Shown: positions 8,430 through 17,765, counted from the first letter of the stretch. The stretch is 30,093 bases of DNA from a virus (IMGVR_UViG_2802429218_000005:1-30093), one strand, 5' to 3'. Notes: a model not told the origin generated them from the sequence alone. Made by a program: numbers and translations.

Positions 8430-8504
8430 TATCTCATAATTATGAGAGCACCATCATTAACAACGGATATATCGAAACGAGTAACAGAAAATGCTCCTCG
8501 ATGG

Positions 8505-8520
8505 CTTGTTTAGCTAAACA
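8505..8520. promoter_or_regulatory. Perfect 16-bp palindrome TTGTTTAGCTAAACAA (copy 2), candidate operator
   Basis: Identical to copy at 8332..8347. Confidence 0.6.
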
Positions 8521-8813
8521 AATTTAAATTTTACTAAGTATGTATGAAGGGCAAAACCTGATCCCAAACAGGAAGGAATGGTCAATGGATAGGTGTTTTT
8601 GCTGCATAGCAACGCTACTCGCAATATAACCAGAAAAATAGGGATACTAAACCCGACAGGTGAGGCCGGGCTTGAGTATTTGTAGCTCTGGGCGGAGGGG
8701 ACATCCCACATTAGACGAAAAAATTCTATAATGAATTGTTGAGGTAAAGCAATTAGGTATTATCTAAAACAAGTTATCGCTGATGTAAAAGTTGTTATCT
8801 AACAAGTAGAAAG

Positions 8814-9080
8814 GTGAGAATTGTGAGGACAAAAAAGGCTGAACCAAGCACTGTAGGTGAAATACTTAATGAAGAATTCTTGAAACCCATGAATATGTCT
8901 TTATGTAAATTAGCGGAATTGACAGGAATGTCTTATAGTAGAATAAGAAAAATTATAATACATAATGATCCAATATCCATAAAAGAAGCATTATTACTTG
9001 CTGAAGTATTTCACACGGATCCGGATTTTTGGATAAACTTACAAAATGTTCATCATTACTGGCATCAAAAATGTAACTGA
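8814..9080 (+). CDS. XRE-family HTH protein, HigA-like antitoxin/antidote (solitary); alternative GTG start at 8823
   Basis: STVGEILNEEFLKPMNMSLCKLAELTGMSYSRIRKII...EALLLAEVFHTDPDFWINLQNVHHYW matches HigA/VapI-type antidote pattern; SD aaggtgag upstream of GTG 8823. Confidence 0.7.
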   Translation: MRIVRTKKAEPSTVGEILNEEFLKPMNMSLCKLAELTGMSYSRIRKIIIHNDPISIKEALLLAEVFHTDPDFWINLQNVHHYWHQKCN

Positions 9081-9134
9081 TATCAAAATCTGCCGTTAAT
9101 AATGTGTATTATCAACGGCATGTATTTAACAAGA

Positions 9135-10880
9135 TTAATTATACTCAATGCGGAATAATTTATTCTCTTGAGACAATTTCACAATGAAGTTTTTCTCATC
9201 GCTCAGTTCTTTTGGAAGTTTATCCTTCAATATAGATGCAACATACTGAATTTGAGATTTGTAACGTTCAACAAGATTAGCTATTCTGACCAGTTGATTG
9301 CCATGCATAAGTTCTTTTTTGTCATTTAACAAAAAATGGAAACAAGGAATGTTTTCTTCATCTGCAAATAAAATATATGCAATATCAAAACAAACAATTT
9401 CTCCTTGTTTTTTTCCTGAACTAAAATTGGTATTAAACGAACTGAATTTGTATATTTTTTTTCCTGTTTTTGATGCTGTAACAATATCATATTTCAAAGC
9501 ATATTGTTCACCGTATAACTCTTGAGACACAGTTGAAAAATATTTATTGAACTTATTTACTTGAGATTGAACTTCTAACTCAAAATCATCAGAAAATAAA
9601 TTATTGTTAATAGCATCAACTTGAGCGTTTAACTCTTCGATATTCTTTTCAGTTTTCTCAATTTGGTTAATAATGGCTTCGAACTCACCTTTTTTTCGGT
9701 GTTTTTCATTCAATTCTAAGACTAGTCCTTCAAGTTCATCAAACGAACCGCTTTTATTTATATTTTCAACTAATTCTTTTTCTTTGGCAAGAAGTATAGT
9801 TAAATCTTCTTGAGTTTTACTAATCTCACTAGTTATTACAGGTAATTCTTTTGATATGAATTTAACTTTTTCTTCAACCATTTGGTTGTGGAAGGAAAGT
9901 AATGATTCAAATTTTACCTGAATATTCTTTATATTATTACTGGCTTCAGTATATAGATCTTTCAATTGATTAGTGTCAATTTCCATCTTGCCACTTTCAA
10001 TATCTTTTACCGCCTCAACTATGAGTTCTTTCCGTAATTTAAGCTTACTTAATTTTGAACCTATAGTGCTCAATTGATACTTAATATCATCCAAAGCATT
10101 GAGATCATTTTCAAAGTTAGGGTTGATATAGAAAGTAGACTTTTTCAGATCTAAATCATTAATTTCCGAAATCAATAATGCTAGTGATGTCTCATATGCA
10201 GTGCGAGTTTGTTTAGACTCCAACCTATTCTTGAAGGTTGTTTCCATTCGGATGCTAGCTAACAAATTTTGTTTAAGAGCTCCTTTTCCAAAATCACATC
10301 CAAGAAGAAATAAATGAAGGGTCTCATATTCATCATCACGAGTAAATGAGCTTAGTGTTCTCAGCGTATGGGTGACACTGAGTTCTTTATATCTTATATT
10401 ATTAGATATTATTTGGGAAAAGGTAGGCTTATTACCATAATGGCCAGAAACTAATACGTCTGTTAACGTTTCTTCAAACTCTTCGATTGTTTTTTGTAGT
10501 CCATTAATTCTTCTGATACATTTTTTACGAGAGAGAAAATTTCGCTCAATGACGATGGTCTTAGCTAGCGGATCATCTAAATCCTCAACAAGTGTTAGGG
10601 TTATTAAAACCTCTGTTTCAATCAAGAAGTTTTTAACAAGTGTATATTCGCCCTTTTTAGTTTCTGGGTCAGTATAAATGCCTTTAGCATCTGCGCCTAA
10701 ACAAAAATCGACTAACATTAATACTGTTGTTTTACCAACATTATTGCCAGTGGTTTTGGTTGACTCGGTTGATGCTTCATCAACTGGCGTTTCATCAACG
10801 ATCAAATTCAAACCAGCATGAAACTTTATTAAGCGTATAACCCCATCTTTATTGGCTATCTGGAGAGATTTTATGAACAT
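9135..10880 (-). CDS. SMC/Rad50-like ABC ATPase with central coiled coil (LmuB-like / ABC-3C ATPase candidate)
   Basis: N-terminal FHAGLNLIVDE then Walker A GNNVGKTT (res 45-52); long E/K/L-rich central region; C-terminal Walker B-like ILFADEE; AT-rich; last gene of coupled 3-gene operon. Confidence 0.7.
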   Translation of the reverse strand: MFIKSLQIANKDGVIRLIKFHAGLNLIVDETPVDEASTESTKTTGNNVGKTTVLMLVDFCLGADAKGIYTDPETKKGEYTLVKNFLIETEVLITLTLVEDLDDPLAKTIVIERNFLSRKKCIRRINGLQKTIEEFEETLTDVLVSGHYGNKPTFSQIISNNIRYKELSVTHTLRTLSSFTRDDEYETLHLFLLGCDFGKGALKQNLLASIRMETTFKNRLESKQTRTAYETSLALLISEINDLDLKKSTFYINPNFENDLNALDDIKYQLSTIGSKLSKLKLRKELIVEAVKDIESGKMEIDTNQLKDLYTEASNNIKNIQVKFESLLSFHNQMVEEKVKFISKELPVITSEISKTQEDLTILLAKEKELVENINKSGSFDELEGLVLELNEKHRKKGEFEAIINQIEKTEKNIEELNAQVDAINNNLFSDDFELEVQSQVNKFNKYFSTVSQELYGEQYALKYDIVTASKTGKKIYKFSSFNTNFSSGKKQGEIVCFDIAYILFADEENIPCFHFLLNDKKELMHGNQLVRIANLVERYKSQIQYVASILKDKLPKELSDEKNFIVKLSQENKLFRIEYN

Positions 10881-11100
10881 ATTCCAATTTCCCCTTTGGA
10901 TTTAATTCAACTATTCCTGCTAGGTATAACCAGTCAAGAGATAAAACAAAAATTGATATAGACATTTCAATTTTTTTCTTTGTTTCGTAAAAAAGATCTA
11001 TCAATTCAATTTCATCGAAACGTTTCAGCGTATCTATAATAAACCCACCGTTATAATATAAGCTATCTTTAGGATGAATGTCCTTTGGTAACAACATCAT
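10849..11100 (-). CDS. Small overlapping ORF (83 aa), candidate middle component of three-gene system
   Basis: Overlaps upstream gene end and downstream gene start by 32 nt each (translational coupling); no motif recognised. Confidence 0.4.
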   Translation of the reverse strand: MMLLPKDIHPKDSLYYNGGFIIDTLKRFDEIELIDLFYETKKKIEMSISIFVLSLDWLYLAGIVELNPKGKLEYVHKISPDSQ

Positions 11101-12049
11101 TCACTCCGTTAGGGTCCCTAAAAATTTTACAGCGTATGAACGCGTCCACTGCAAGTATACTAACACAAAGCTCCAGTTCCTCTAATGGTATTTGTGTAAA
11201 ATTTGCACTTTTTCTGACCATTTCAACAGAGCTGTCAATTATTTTAAAAAATAGCTCATCTCCAGTGTATTGTGTACTCAATTTTACGAAGATAGTTCTA
11301 AAGGAAGACAAAACTGAAAGGCTTGAGTTTTTACCCATCTGGTTGAACTCTGAATAAATGCGGGATACTTTTCCATGATGGATTTTGTAATCTTCAATAA
11401 TATATTCAGCTGCATTCAAATTATTAAATGTAATCTTGTCAGTTACATCGAATGGTTGCGGGAAGTCAGTAGTTTCAACATTAGAAAAATCCTCCTTAGC
11501 TAATATATTTATAACAGCAGCAATATTTGTTTCGATTAAAACATTATCAGATTCCTCTTGTAACTCATTTTTTAGAAAACCGTGTATTTCTTTCTGTTTT
11601 GTTATGTCAAGATGTGAAATAACATTAAGTATCGATTTTACATCATGAATATCTTGCTGCGGTATAAAAACCAAAGCATGAGGATTAGTGTAAGTTTTAT
11701 TTCTTAAATCACTAGCATCTTTTGCAATTGATATAAATTTAAACTGATGGCCTTTATATAATCTTAAGTCTTTGTTCAAGGCTGAATCAATTTTTGTTTT
11801 AGTTGCAGTTGATGAAACCTGTAATACTATCTTCCCATTCTCATCGATAAGATCGATACCCTCAAAATTATGCTTCTCTTGATTAGTATTCTTTAGGGAA
11901 TACCCAAATAATAAATTAAAGAAGTGAACATAAAAATCTTCACAATGAAGATTATAGTTAAGAATATTTAACTTCCCTCTTAATTCAACGCTATAGCATA
12001 GCAACGTAAGCCTTTTCTCACATAAATCAAAATAAATAGATCTGTTCAC
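11069..12049 (-). CDS. Hypothetical 326-aa protein, candidate effector (LmuA-position) of three-gene defence-like operon
   Basis: First gene of the operon; AT-rich; no confidently recognisable catalytic motif by eye. Confidence 0.6.
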   Translation of the reverse strand: MNRSIYFDLCEKRLTLLCYSVELRGKLNILNYNLHCEDFYVHFFNLLFGYSLKNTNQEKHNFEGIDLIDENGKIVLQVSSTATKTKIDSALNKDLRLYKGHQFKFISIAKDASDLRNKTYTNPHALVFIPQQDIHDVKSILNVISHLDITKQKEIHGFLKNELQEESDNVLIETNIAAVINILAKEDFSNVETTDFPQPFDVTDKITFNNLNAAEYIIEDYKIHHGKVSRIYSEFNQMGKNSSLSVLSSFRTIFVKLSTQYTGDELFFKIIDSSVEMVRKSANFTQIPLEELELCVSILAVDAFIRCKIFRDPNGVNDVVTKGHSS

Positions 12050-12302
12050 ACATATTATCCTTAAACTATAAACTAATCCGATATTATGAACTTAGGTAAA
12101 GTAGAAAAACTCTTCACAGATCTTACAGCATCTACGAGCTGGTTCAAGGTATGTTGAGATGGATTGAGATGTGTAGCGTATCTTCTCATTCCAAAAAGAA
12201 ACCTGCCACAATTTTGCCACACTCACAACGCGCAAAAATGCACATTTGTGTTAAGAAAAGCAAAACAACGCAACAGTAACCAGATGATTTTATTAGAAAA
12301 AA

Positions 12303-12348
12303 TGGTGCCGATAATAGGAGTCGAACCTACGACCTTCGCATTACGAAT
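12303..12348 (-). tRNA. tRNA-Thr(CGU) 3' fragment, 46 nt from anticodon loop to CCA (thrW-like att-core remnant, not a complete gene)
   Basis: Reverse complement reads ATTCGTAATGCGAAGGTCGTAGGTTCGACTCCTATTATCGGCACCA; sequence 5' of the anticodon loop does not continue as tRNA. Confidence 0.7.
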
Positions 12349-12571
12349 CATAAGAATCCGCTTCTAATTCAAAGTATTACCCCATCAACACTGCGCTCAC
12401 ACGTCCCACCACATCAAAACATGTAAAGCCTTGCAAGCCATTGTGAGGCCTTATGTGTCTCAGTTTTGTCCCACTACGACCTGCACAGAAAATAAGAAAA
12501 TAGCGGTGATATCAAACAGTACAGAAGTCTTTTTTCTTTCAAATGGAGAAACTGATTAACCCGTTTAATTG

Positions 12572-12796
12572 TACTCCTCATGGGCAATCAGCAGTCCTCA
12601 GAGTAATGGAATGGCAGAAAGGTTCGTGAAAACGATGAAGGAAGACTACATCGCGTTCATGCCGAAACCGAATGTAAGAACGGCATTGCATAATCTTGCA
12701 GTGGCGATCGAACATTACAATGAAAACCATCCGCACAGTGCGTTGGGTTATCGCTCTCCGCGAGAATATCGACGTCAGCGGGTAACGTTAACTTAA
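12572..12796 (+). pseudogene. DDE transposase/integrase-core C-terminal fragment (IS3/IS481-like), 5'-truncated
   Basis: [18 protein letters not shown] ... [14 protein letters not shown] are C-terminal rve-domain motifs; in-frame stop immediately upstream, no N-terminal part present. Confidence 0.55.
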
Positions 12797-12837
12797 GATA
12801 CACCCCCTGTCTGGAAATAAGGGGGCAAGAACAATGA

Positions 12838-13590
12838 TCAGATTCCCTGGTGAGTAAGAATTTTACTTTCTGAACTCCTCTGAGAGTATTGACTTGGAGA
12901 AACACCAAAATAACGTCTAAATACATAAGTAAAGTATGAGACACTGACATAACCACAGACCTTAGCTACTTTACTAATAGGATAACAACGAGTGCTGAGT
13001 AAATATTCAGCCATTTGCATCCTCTCATCAAGTATGATCTTACTGAATGATACCCCCTCTTCTTTCAATTTCCTCTTTAGTAAACTTTCGCTGAGATATA
13101 ATCTTGATGATATATCCTTAAGACGCCATGGTGCAGATAAATCCGTATGAATAATCGTTTTAACTTTAGCCCCTGTGCTTTTCAAACATCCAAACAGAAA
13201 TACTCCAAATTGTTTTTCAGAAGAAAATGCAGAGAGACATGTAAAAGCAATAGACTCATCAAAAGTTTCTATGTATTCAGCACAGTGATTAGCCCAACTA
13301 ATTAATCCTTTAATTAAACTGAAGTCAGCAAAGTTTATTTTTAAATAAGATGGATATTCCCTACAATCAGAAATATCCCTTAAGTTATTAGCTTTCAAAT
13401 AGCGACTAATAAACTCAGCGCCAAAATCCGCCACTATCACTCTTTCAGGATATGTCAGGAAAAAATCTCTATAGCTAGAGTCGACAAGTACAGATAAACC
13501 TCTATCCAGAAACACACTCTCTTTTCCGAAATAAACATCAAAGGACTCCAAAATCAATATAACTGAACATGTAGTTGCCATATCATCCAC
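12838..13590 (-). CDS. AraC-family transcriptional regulator (AppY/EnvY-like subfamily)
   Basis: C-terminal HTH region WRLKDISSRLYLSESLLKRKLKEEGVSFSKIILDERMQMAEYLL...CGYVSVSYFTYVFRRYFGVSPSQY resembles AppY/EnvY as recalled; AT-rich. Confidence 0.8.
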   Translation of the reverse strand: MDDMATTCSVILILESFDVYFGKESVFLDRGLSVLVDSSYRDFFLTYPERVIVADFGAEFISRYLKANNLRDISDCREYPSYLKINFADFSLIKGLISWANHCAEYIETFDESIAFTCLSAFSSEKQFGVFLFGCLKSTGAKVKTIIHTDLSAPWRLKDISSRLYLSESLLKRKLKEEGVSFSKIILDERMQMAEYLLSTRCYPISKVAKVCGYVSVSYFTYVFRRYFGVSPSQYSQRSSESKILTHQGI

Positions 13591-14164
13591 CCAATTTAAC
13601 TGAAACCAGGATGAAGTATATGCATATAAAGTTCACTTTGCCAAACTTCAGTATAAAAAACCACATAAAAAATAGGGTGTGATAAAAAATACCGTAAAAA
13701 TAAAGCAAAGGATTATAAATTCCGTTACAGTTACAAATGATACTTAAGAAACAATTCCTTAGAAAACCTTATTTACAGCCAATAAGTAAGACACTTATAT
13801 GATATCAAGTTTTCATAAAACATAACTAGGCTAAATAGCTGCGCCTAATACCGCTACACTTTTGCCATCCCATGTTTGCCTCCGGGTATTGACCCCTTCT
13901 CTACGCAACTTCAGTTCCCACCACCAACTTTGCGGCAGCTTTGTAGGATCAATGTCTAAAAGAATAATGGTGACCGATAAGAAAACGACTGAATAACTGC
14001 AGATTTTCGCTCGAAACCTTCCTGTCAGATCCATAGCGAATCAAGTGCTGAATGTCACAGTATCGAACAGAAAACAGTGACGATCTAACCCTTCAAGAAT
14101 ATTCTACGATTGTTCTGTTTAGGAAAAGCAAGGCGGGAAGTCGGGAGATAAGTCATTGATAAAG

Positions 14165-14230
14165 TGGCGGAGAGAGGGGGATTTGACCCCCCGGTAGAGT
14201 TGCCCCTACTCCGGTTTTCGAGACCGGTCC
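14165..14230 (-). tRNA. tRNA-Ser(CGA) 3' fragment, about 66 nt, with T-arm substitution (GTTC to GGTC); serU-like att-core remnant
   Basis: Reverse complement reads GGACCGGTCTCGAAAACCGGAGTAGGGGCAACTCTACCGGGGGGTCAAATCCCCCTCTCTCCGCCA; 5' part of tRNA absent. Confidence 0.7.
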
Positions 14231-14309
14231 AATCATCAAACGAAACATAAAATTAATTCACATTATGAGGAAAAGTATCTTTTTTGTACTTGTAAATTCA
14301 AAGGCTTAG

Positions 14310-15179
<870 letters not shown>

Positions 15180-15239
15180 GTCTTTAAGTGATAAGCATAA
15201 ACCGCAGCACGATCTTCTTGCATACGACGTGCTACGGTT

Positions 15240-15794
15240 TCATTTATCTCCGACCGGAAACTTCTTATACAGTGTCGATATACCAACATCATAGATGATC
15301 GCCACCTTCTGGCGAGGAACGCCTGATGCAATTAATCGTCCGGCCTGCTCCCATTGTTCTGGTGTAAGTTTGGGGCGACGTCCACCAATTCGTCCCTGTG
15401 CGCGAGCTGCTTCTAGTCCAGCTTTTGTTCGTTCAACAATCAGTTCACGCTCCATTTCAGCCAGGGCACCCATCACATGAAAGAAAAAGCGCCCCATTGG
15501 GGTACTGGTATCAATTGAATCCGTCAGACTACGAAAGTTGATGCCTCGTTCGCGCAACTCCTCCACCAGCACGACAAGATGCCGCATACTGCGCCCCAGT
15601 CGGTCCAGTTTCCAGACCACCAGCGTGTCACCTGCCGATAATGTCCTGAGCAGCTTTTTCAGTCCTGGTCTGTCGGACTTTGTACCGCTTATCTTGTCTT
15701 CAAAAATTAGCTCACACCCTGCACAGTTCAGCGCATTGCGTTGTAGATCGGTATTCTGGTCATTTGTTGATACACGTACATAGCCAATAAGCAT
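15240..15794 (-). CDS. pin: Serine recombinase DNA invertase, Pin/Gin/Hin/Cin family
   Basis: MLIGYVRVSTNDQNTDLQRNAL...VVWKLDRLGRSMRHL...GRIGGRRPKLT nearly identical to my recollection of e14 Pin; SD AGGGGGA 5 nt upstream of ATG at 15794; track N-terminal extension is spurious. Confidence 0.9.
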   Translation of the reverse strand: MLIGYVRVSTNDQNTDLQRNALNCAGCELIFEDKISGTKSDRPGLKKLLRTLSAGDTLVVWKLDRLGRSMRHLVVLVEELRERGINFRSLTDSIDTSTPMGRFFFHVMGALAEMERELIVERTKAGLEAARAQGRIGGRRPKLTPEQWEQAGRLIASGVPRQKVAIIYDVGISTLYKKFPVGDK

Positions 15795-15847
15795 GTTAAA
15801 TCCCCCTGGTAAAAGCAGGAATGATGCCATTTGCTTGTTATTTCTTC

Positions 15848-16204
15848 ATTTTCATAAACGTTGGTTTGGGAGAAGCCAGATATGTCATTCAGCGAGGAGC
15901 TAATGCCAATGGTGCGTGGATACGCTGGTCAGATGGTGCAATAGAAGTCTTTGGAACGGGGGGTTCTAATGATAATGGACTGGCTAAAGTCGTTTATCCA
16001 ATTGCGCTACCTAAGCTTTCACGTTTTATCAGCATAGCGGAAAGAATAGGAACGGATTATGGGGGCACATCTAATAACGTTCACGTTTCAATGATCGTGG
16101 ATGACCAGGTCACTAATACCGGTTTTTATGTCCGCTGCCAGATGTACGACGGAACACCATCAACAAGTGCTTTTTCCTGGAGGGTTTATTGTGCGCCTGT
16201 TTAA
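15848..16204 (+). CDS. Alternate tail-fibre C-terminal variable segment (promoterless in present orientation)
   Basis: Frame runs through crossover site encoding NVGLGE, matching NLGLGE encoded at the other site within the expressed fibre gene. Confidence 0.5.
   Translation: MFINVGLGEARYVIQRGANANGAWIRWSDGAIEVFGTGGSNDNGLAKVVYPIALPKLSRFISIAERIGTDYGGTSNNVHVSMIVDDQVTNTGFYVRCQMYDGTPSTSAFSWRVYCAPV
15849..15874. repeat. Invertase crossover site (gix/pix-like), copy proximal to pin
   Basis: ttttcataaacgttggtttgggagaa; reverse complement TTCTCCCAAACCAACG... shares 14 bp with site at 17460 and resembles gix/hix consensus. Confidence 0.7.
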
Positions 16205-16388
16205 TCCTGTTACTTTGACTGAAGTAATCCCCGGTCTTCATGACGTGACCGGGGCTGTTGAATTACCAGAAGATAACTGGTTTTTTACTGCATCTGAAAT
16301 CCCTGAAGGAATGGAAATATCTGTTAACGAGAAGGGAGAACCCATTCTGATTGAGATTAAACCGTCTCAGGAGGAACTGGCCAGATGA
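16190..16388 (+). CDS. Short alternate tail-fibre assembly (Tfa-like) ORF, 66 aa, GTG start overlapping upstream stop
   Basis: VRLFNPVTLTEVIPGLHDVTGAVELPEDNWFF resembles Tfa N-termini; much shorter than typical Tfa. Confidence 0.4.
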
Positions 16389-16962
16389 CATCTGGCGCGG
16401 TGCTGGTATCTGTTGCCATCACCGCGTCAGTGTAATCCAGCACGGCGTTAAGTCGGGTGTTTTCTGCCTGCGTCAGCTTCCGCCCGGCCTGCAATTTCAG
16501 TTGAATCAGACTAATGGAAACCATTGCAGCATCAATCAGCGACTGCCGCTGTGTTTCTGCCATGTCTACTGCTGCTCTATGCTGTGCCTCGGTATCCGTC
16601 ACCCATTTCTCACCATCCCATTTATCGTATGGCGTTAACGGGGCGATAGTGGTTGTCTTTTCAGGGTAATCACCCGGAGCTGTGATTTCTTTTGATTCTC
16701 CTGTTTCGGTGCTATAGACGATTTCACCGCGATGGTCTGGCACATATTCCCATGAGTTAAAATCTGCAGAACGGCAAATTGCATAACCAGCTTTATATGA
16801 GCCAGGAGCATCTAAACAGGAACATGCCGGGATACCGACACCCACAGCAAGATATTCGGTTGATGTGGAAATATATTCTCGTGTTTCACCATCATAATTA
16901 TAAACGGTAATATCTCCCGCCTTTGTGGCGATGAGTTCCTTATTTAATATAGCTTTATCCAT
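16357..16962 (-). CDS. Tail fibre assembly protein (Tfa)
   Basis: Typical Tfa architecture with C-terminal ...RLNAVLDYTDAVMATDTSTAPDVIWPVPP; immediately downstream of fibre gene. Confidence 0.85.
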   Translation of the reverse strand: MDKAILNKELIATKAGDITVYNYDGETREYISTSTEYLAVGVGIPACSCLDAPGSYKAGYAICRSADFNSWEYVPDHRGEIVYSTETGESKEITAPGDYPEKTTTIAPLTPYDKWDGEKWVTDTEAQHRAAVDMAETQRQSLIDAAMVSISLIQLKLQAGRKLTQAENTRLNAVLDYTDAVMATDTSTAPDVIWPVPPETV

Positions 16963-17762
16963 CAGGCAGCCCTCACGATATAATTAAAGGCAATGTTACG
17001 GGGTCGATTTTCGTTTGCAGTTGGAACAATTCTTGAAGCATCAAGGCCAATCACTTTTGGGTAAACACTGCCCTCGGACCTTTCTGTCACCATACTTCTG
17101 ACTAAGGAGAAATAACTATTGTTCGTTGAGGGGTTCAAAGGCACCACTGCCCCCTTAAACGAGCCTACTGATTCCCATATTGAATAATTTTCGGTGTTTA
17201 CAGTCTTGAACTCACCATAGATATTACGTATGGCATCGCCCTGAGCGGATAATATTGTTCTCCCCGCATCCGCACTACGCCCATCATCCCAGCCACGAAT
17301 AAATTCACCGCGTAAATCAGGCAATTTATTTGTCGGGTAAGCCTTTGCCAGTTCCGGGTATTCTTCAGCAGAAAAAGCCGCACCATTGCATTTCAGCCAG
17401 CCTGTCGGCGGAGTGGCGGAAGGCCACGGAACAGGCACACCGACAGGTAATGCAGAGCCTTCTCCCAAACCAAGGTTTTCGAGAGCCGTTTTCACCGTGC
17501 CATCCGATTTGATATCGCCAAACGGATTCTTGCGGCTTAACAGCAGCGCACGAAGCGCGGTAAGCAGCTGGTCGTGCCGCGCCTTCTCCAGACTGGCACC
17601 GGATGCCTCCACCACGCTGCAGAGTTCTTCCTGCAACATATCAAAGTAGTCATCATCCAGATCGGTGGCAGGCGTGCCAGTCTGGGGGTTACCACGGGTA
17701 AAACCGTTCTTACCCGCGCCGAACTTATCCTTCTGCGCGGTTTTCGTGTCTATACGATGCAT
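16962..17762 (-). CDS. Tail fibre protein (constant N-terminal part about 100 aa outside invertible segment, variable C-terminal part inside)
   Basis: Collar-like region [23 protein letters not shown]...[16 protein letters not shown]; crossover site lies within codons for ALENLGLGE. Confidence 0.85.
   Translation of the reverse strand: MHRIDTKTAQKDKFGAGKNGFTRGNPQTGTPATDLDDDYFDMLQEELCSVVEASGASLEKARHDQLLTALRALLLSRKNPFGDIKSDGTVKTALENLGLGEGSALPVGVPVPWPSATPPTGWLKCNGAAFSAEEYPELAKAYPTNKLPDLRGEFIRGWDDGRSADAGRTILSAQGDAIRNIYGEFKTVNTENYSIWESVGSFKGAVVPLNPSTNNSYFSLVRSMVTERSEGSVYPKVIGLDASRIVPTANENRPRNIAFNYIVRAA
17460..17485. repeat. Invertase crossover site (gix/pix-like), copy inside tail-fibre gene
   Basis: ttctcccaaaccaaggttttcgagag, inverted relative to the 15849 site. 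Confidence 0.7.
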
Positions 17763-17765
17763 GGA

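Larger units (their letters stand above)
15849..17485. other. Invertible tail-fibre host-range segment (about 1.6 kb) bounded by inverted crossover sites
   Basis: Inverted 26-bp sites at both ends; contains fibre variable part plus Tfa on minus strand and alternate variable part plus short Tfa-like ORF on plus strand. Confidence 0.7.

Noticed and set aside
8212-8711. Minus-strand ORFs 8212..8409 and 8514..8711 (65 aa each) in the AT-rich intergenic region
   Set aside because: They span the palindromes and iterons, are hydrophobic low-complexity translations of AT-rich DNA and lack ribosome-binding sites; treated as non-coding regulatory DNA.
8520-8810. Search for a HigB/RelE-type toxin gene upstream of the HigA-like gene
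   Set aside because: Only short ORFs (30 aa or fewer) without toxin-like motifs were found on either strand; none reported.
12164-12367. 67-aa plus-strand ORF covering the tRNA-Thr fragment
   Set aside because: Overlaps the tRNA-derived sequence on the opposite strand; chance ORF.
13831-14034. 67-aa minus-strand ORF in the AraC upstream region
   Set aside because: No RBS or features; Trp/Arg-rich translation of probable non-coding DNA.
15795-15830. N-terminal extension MASFLLLPGGFN of the invertase ORF
   Set aside because: Serine invertases begin at MLIGYVRVS; the extension is the translated Shine-Dalgarno region (AGGGGGA).
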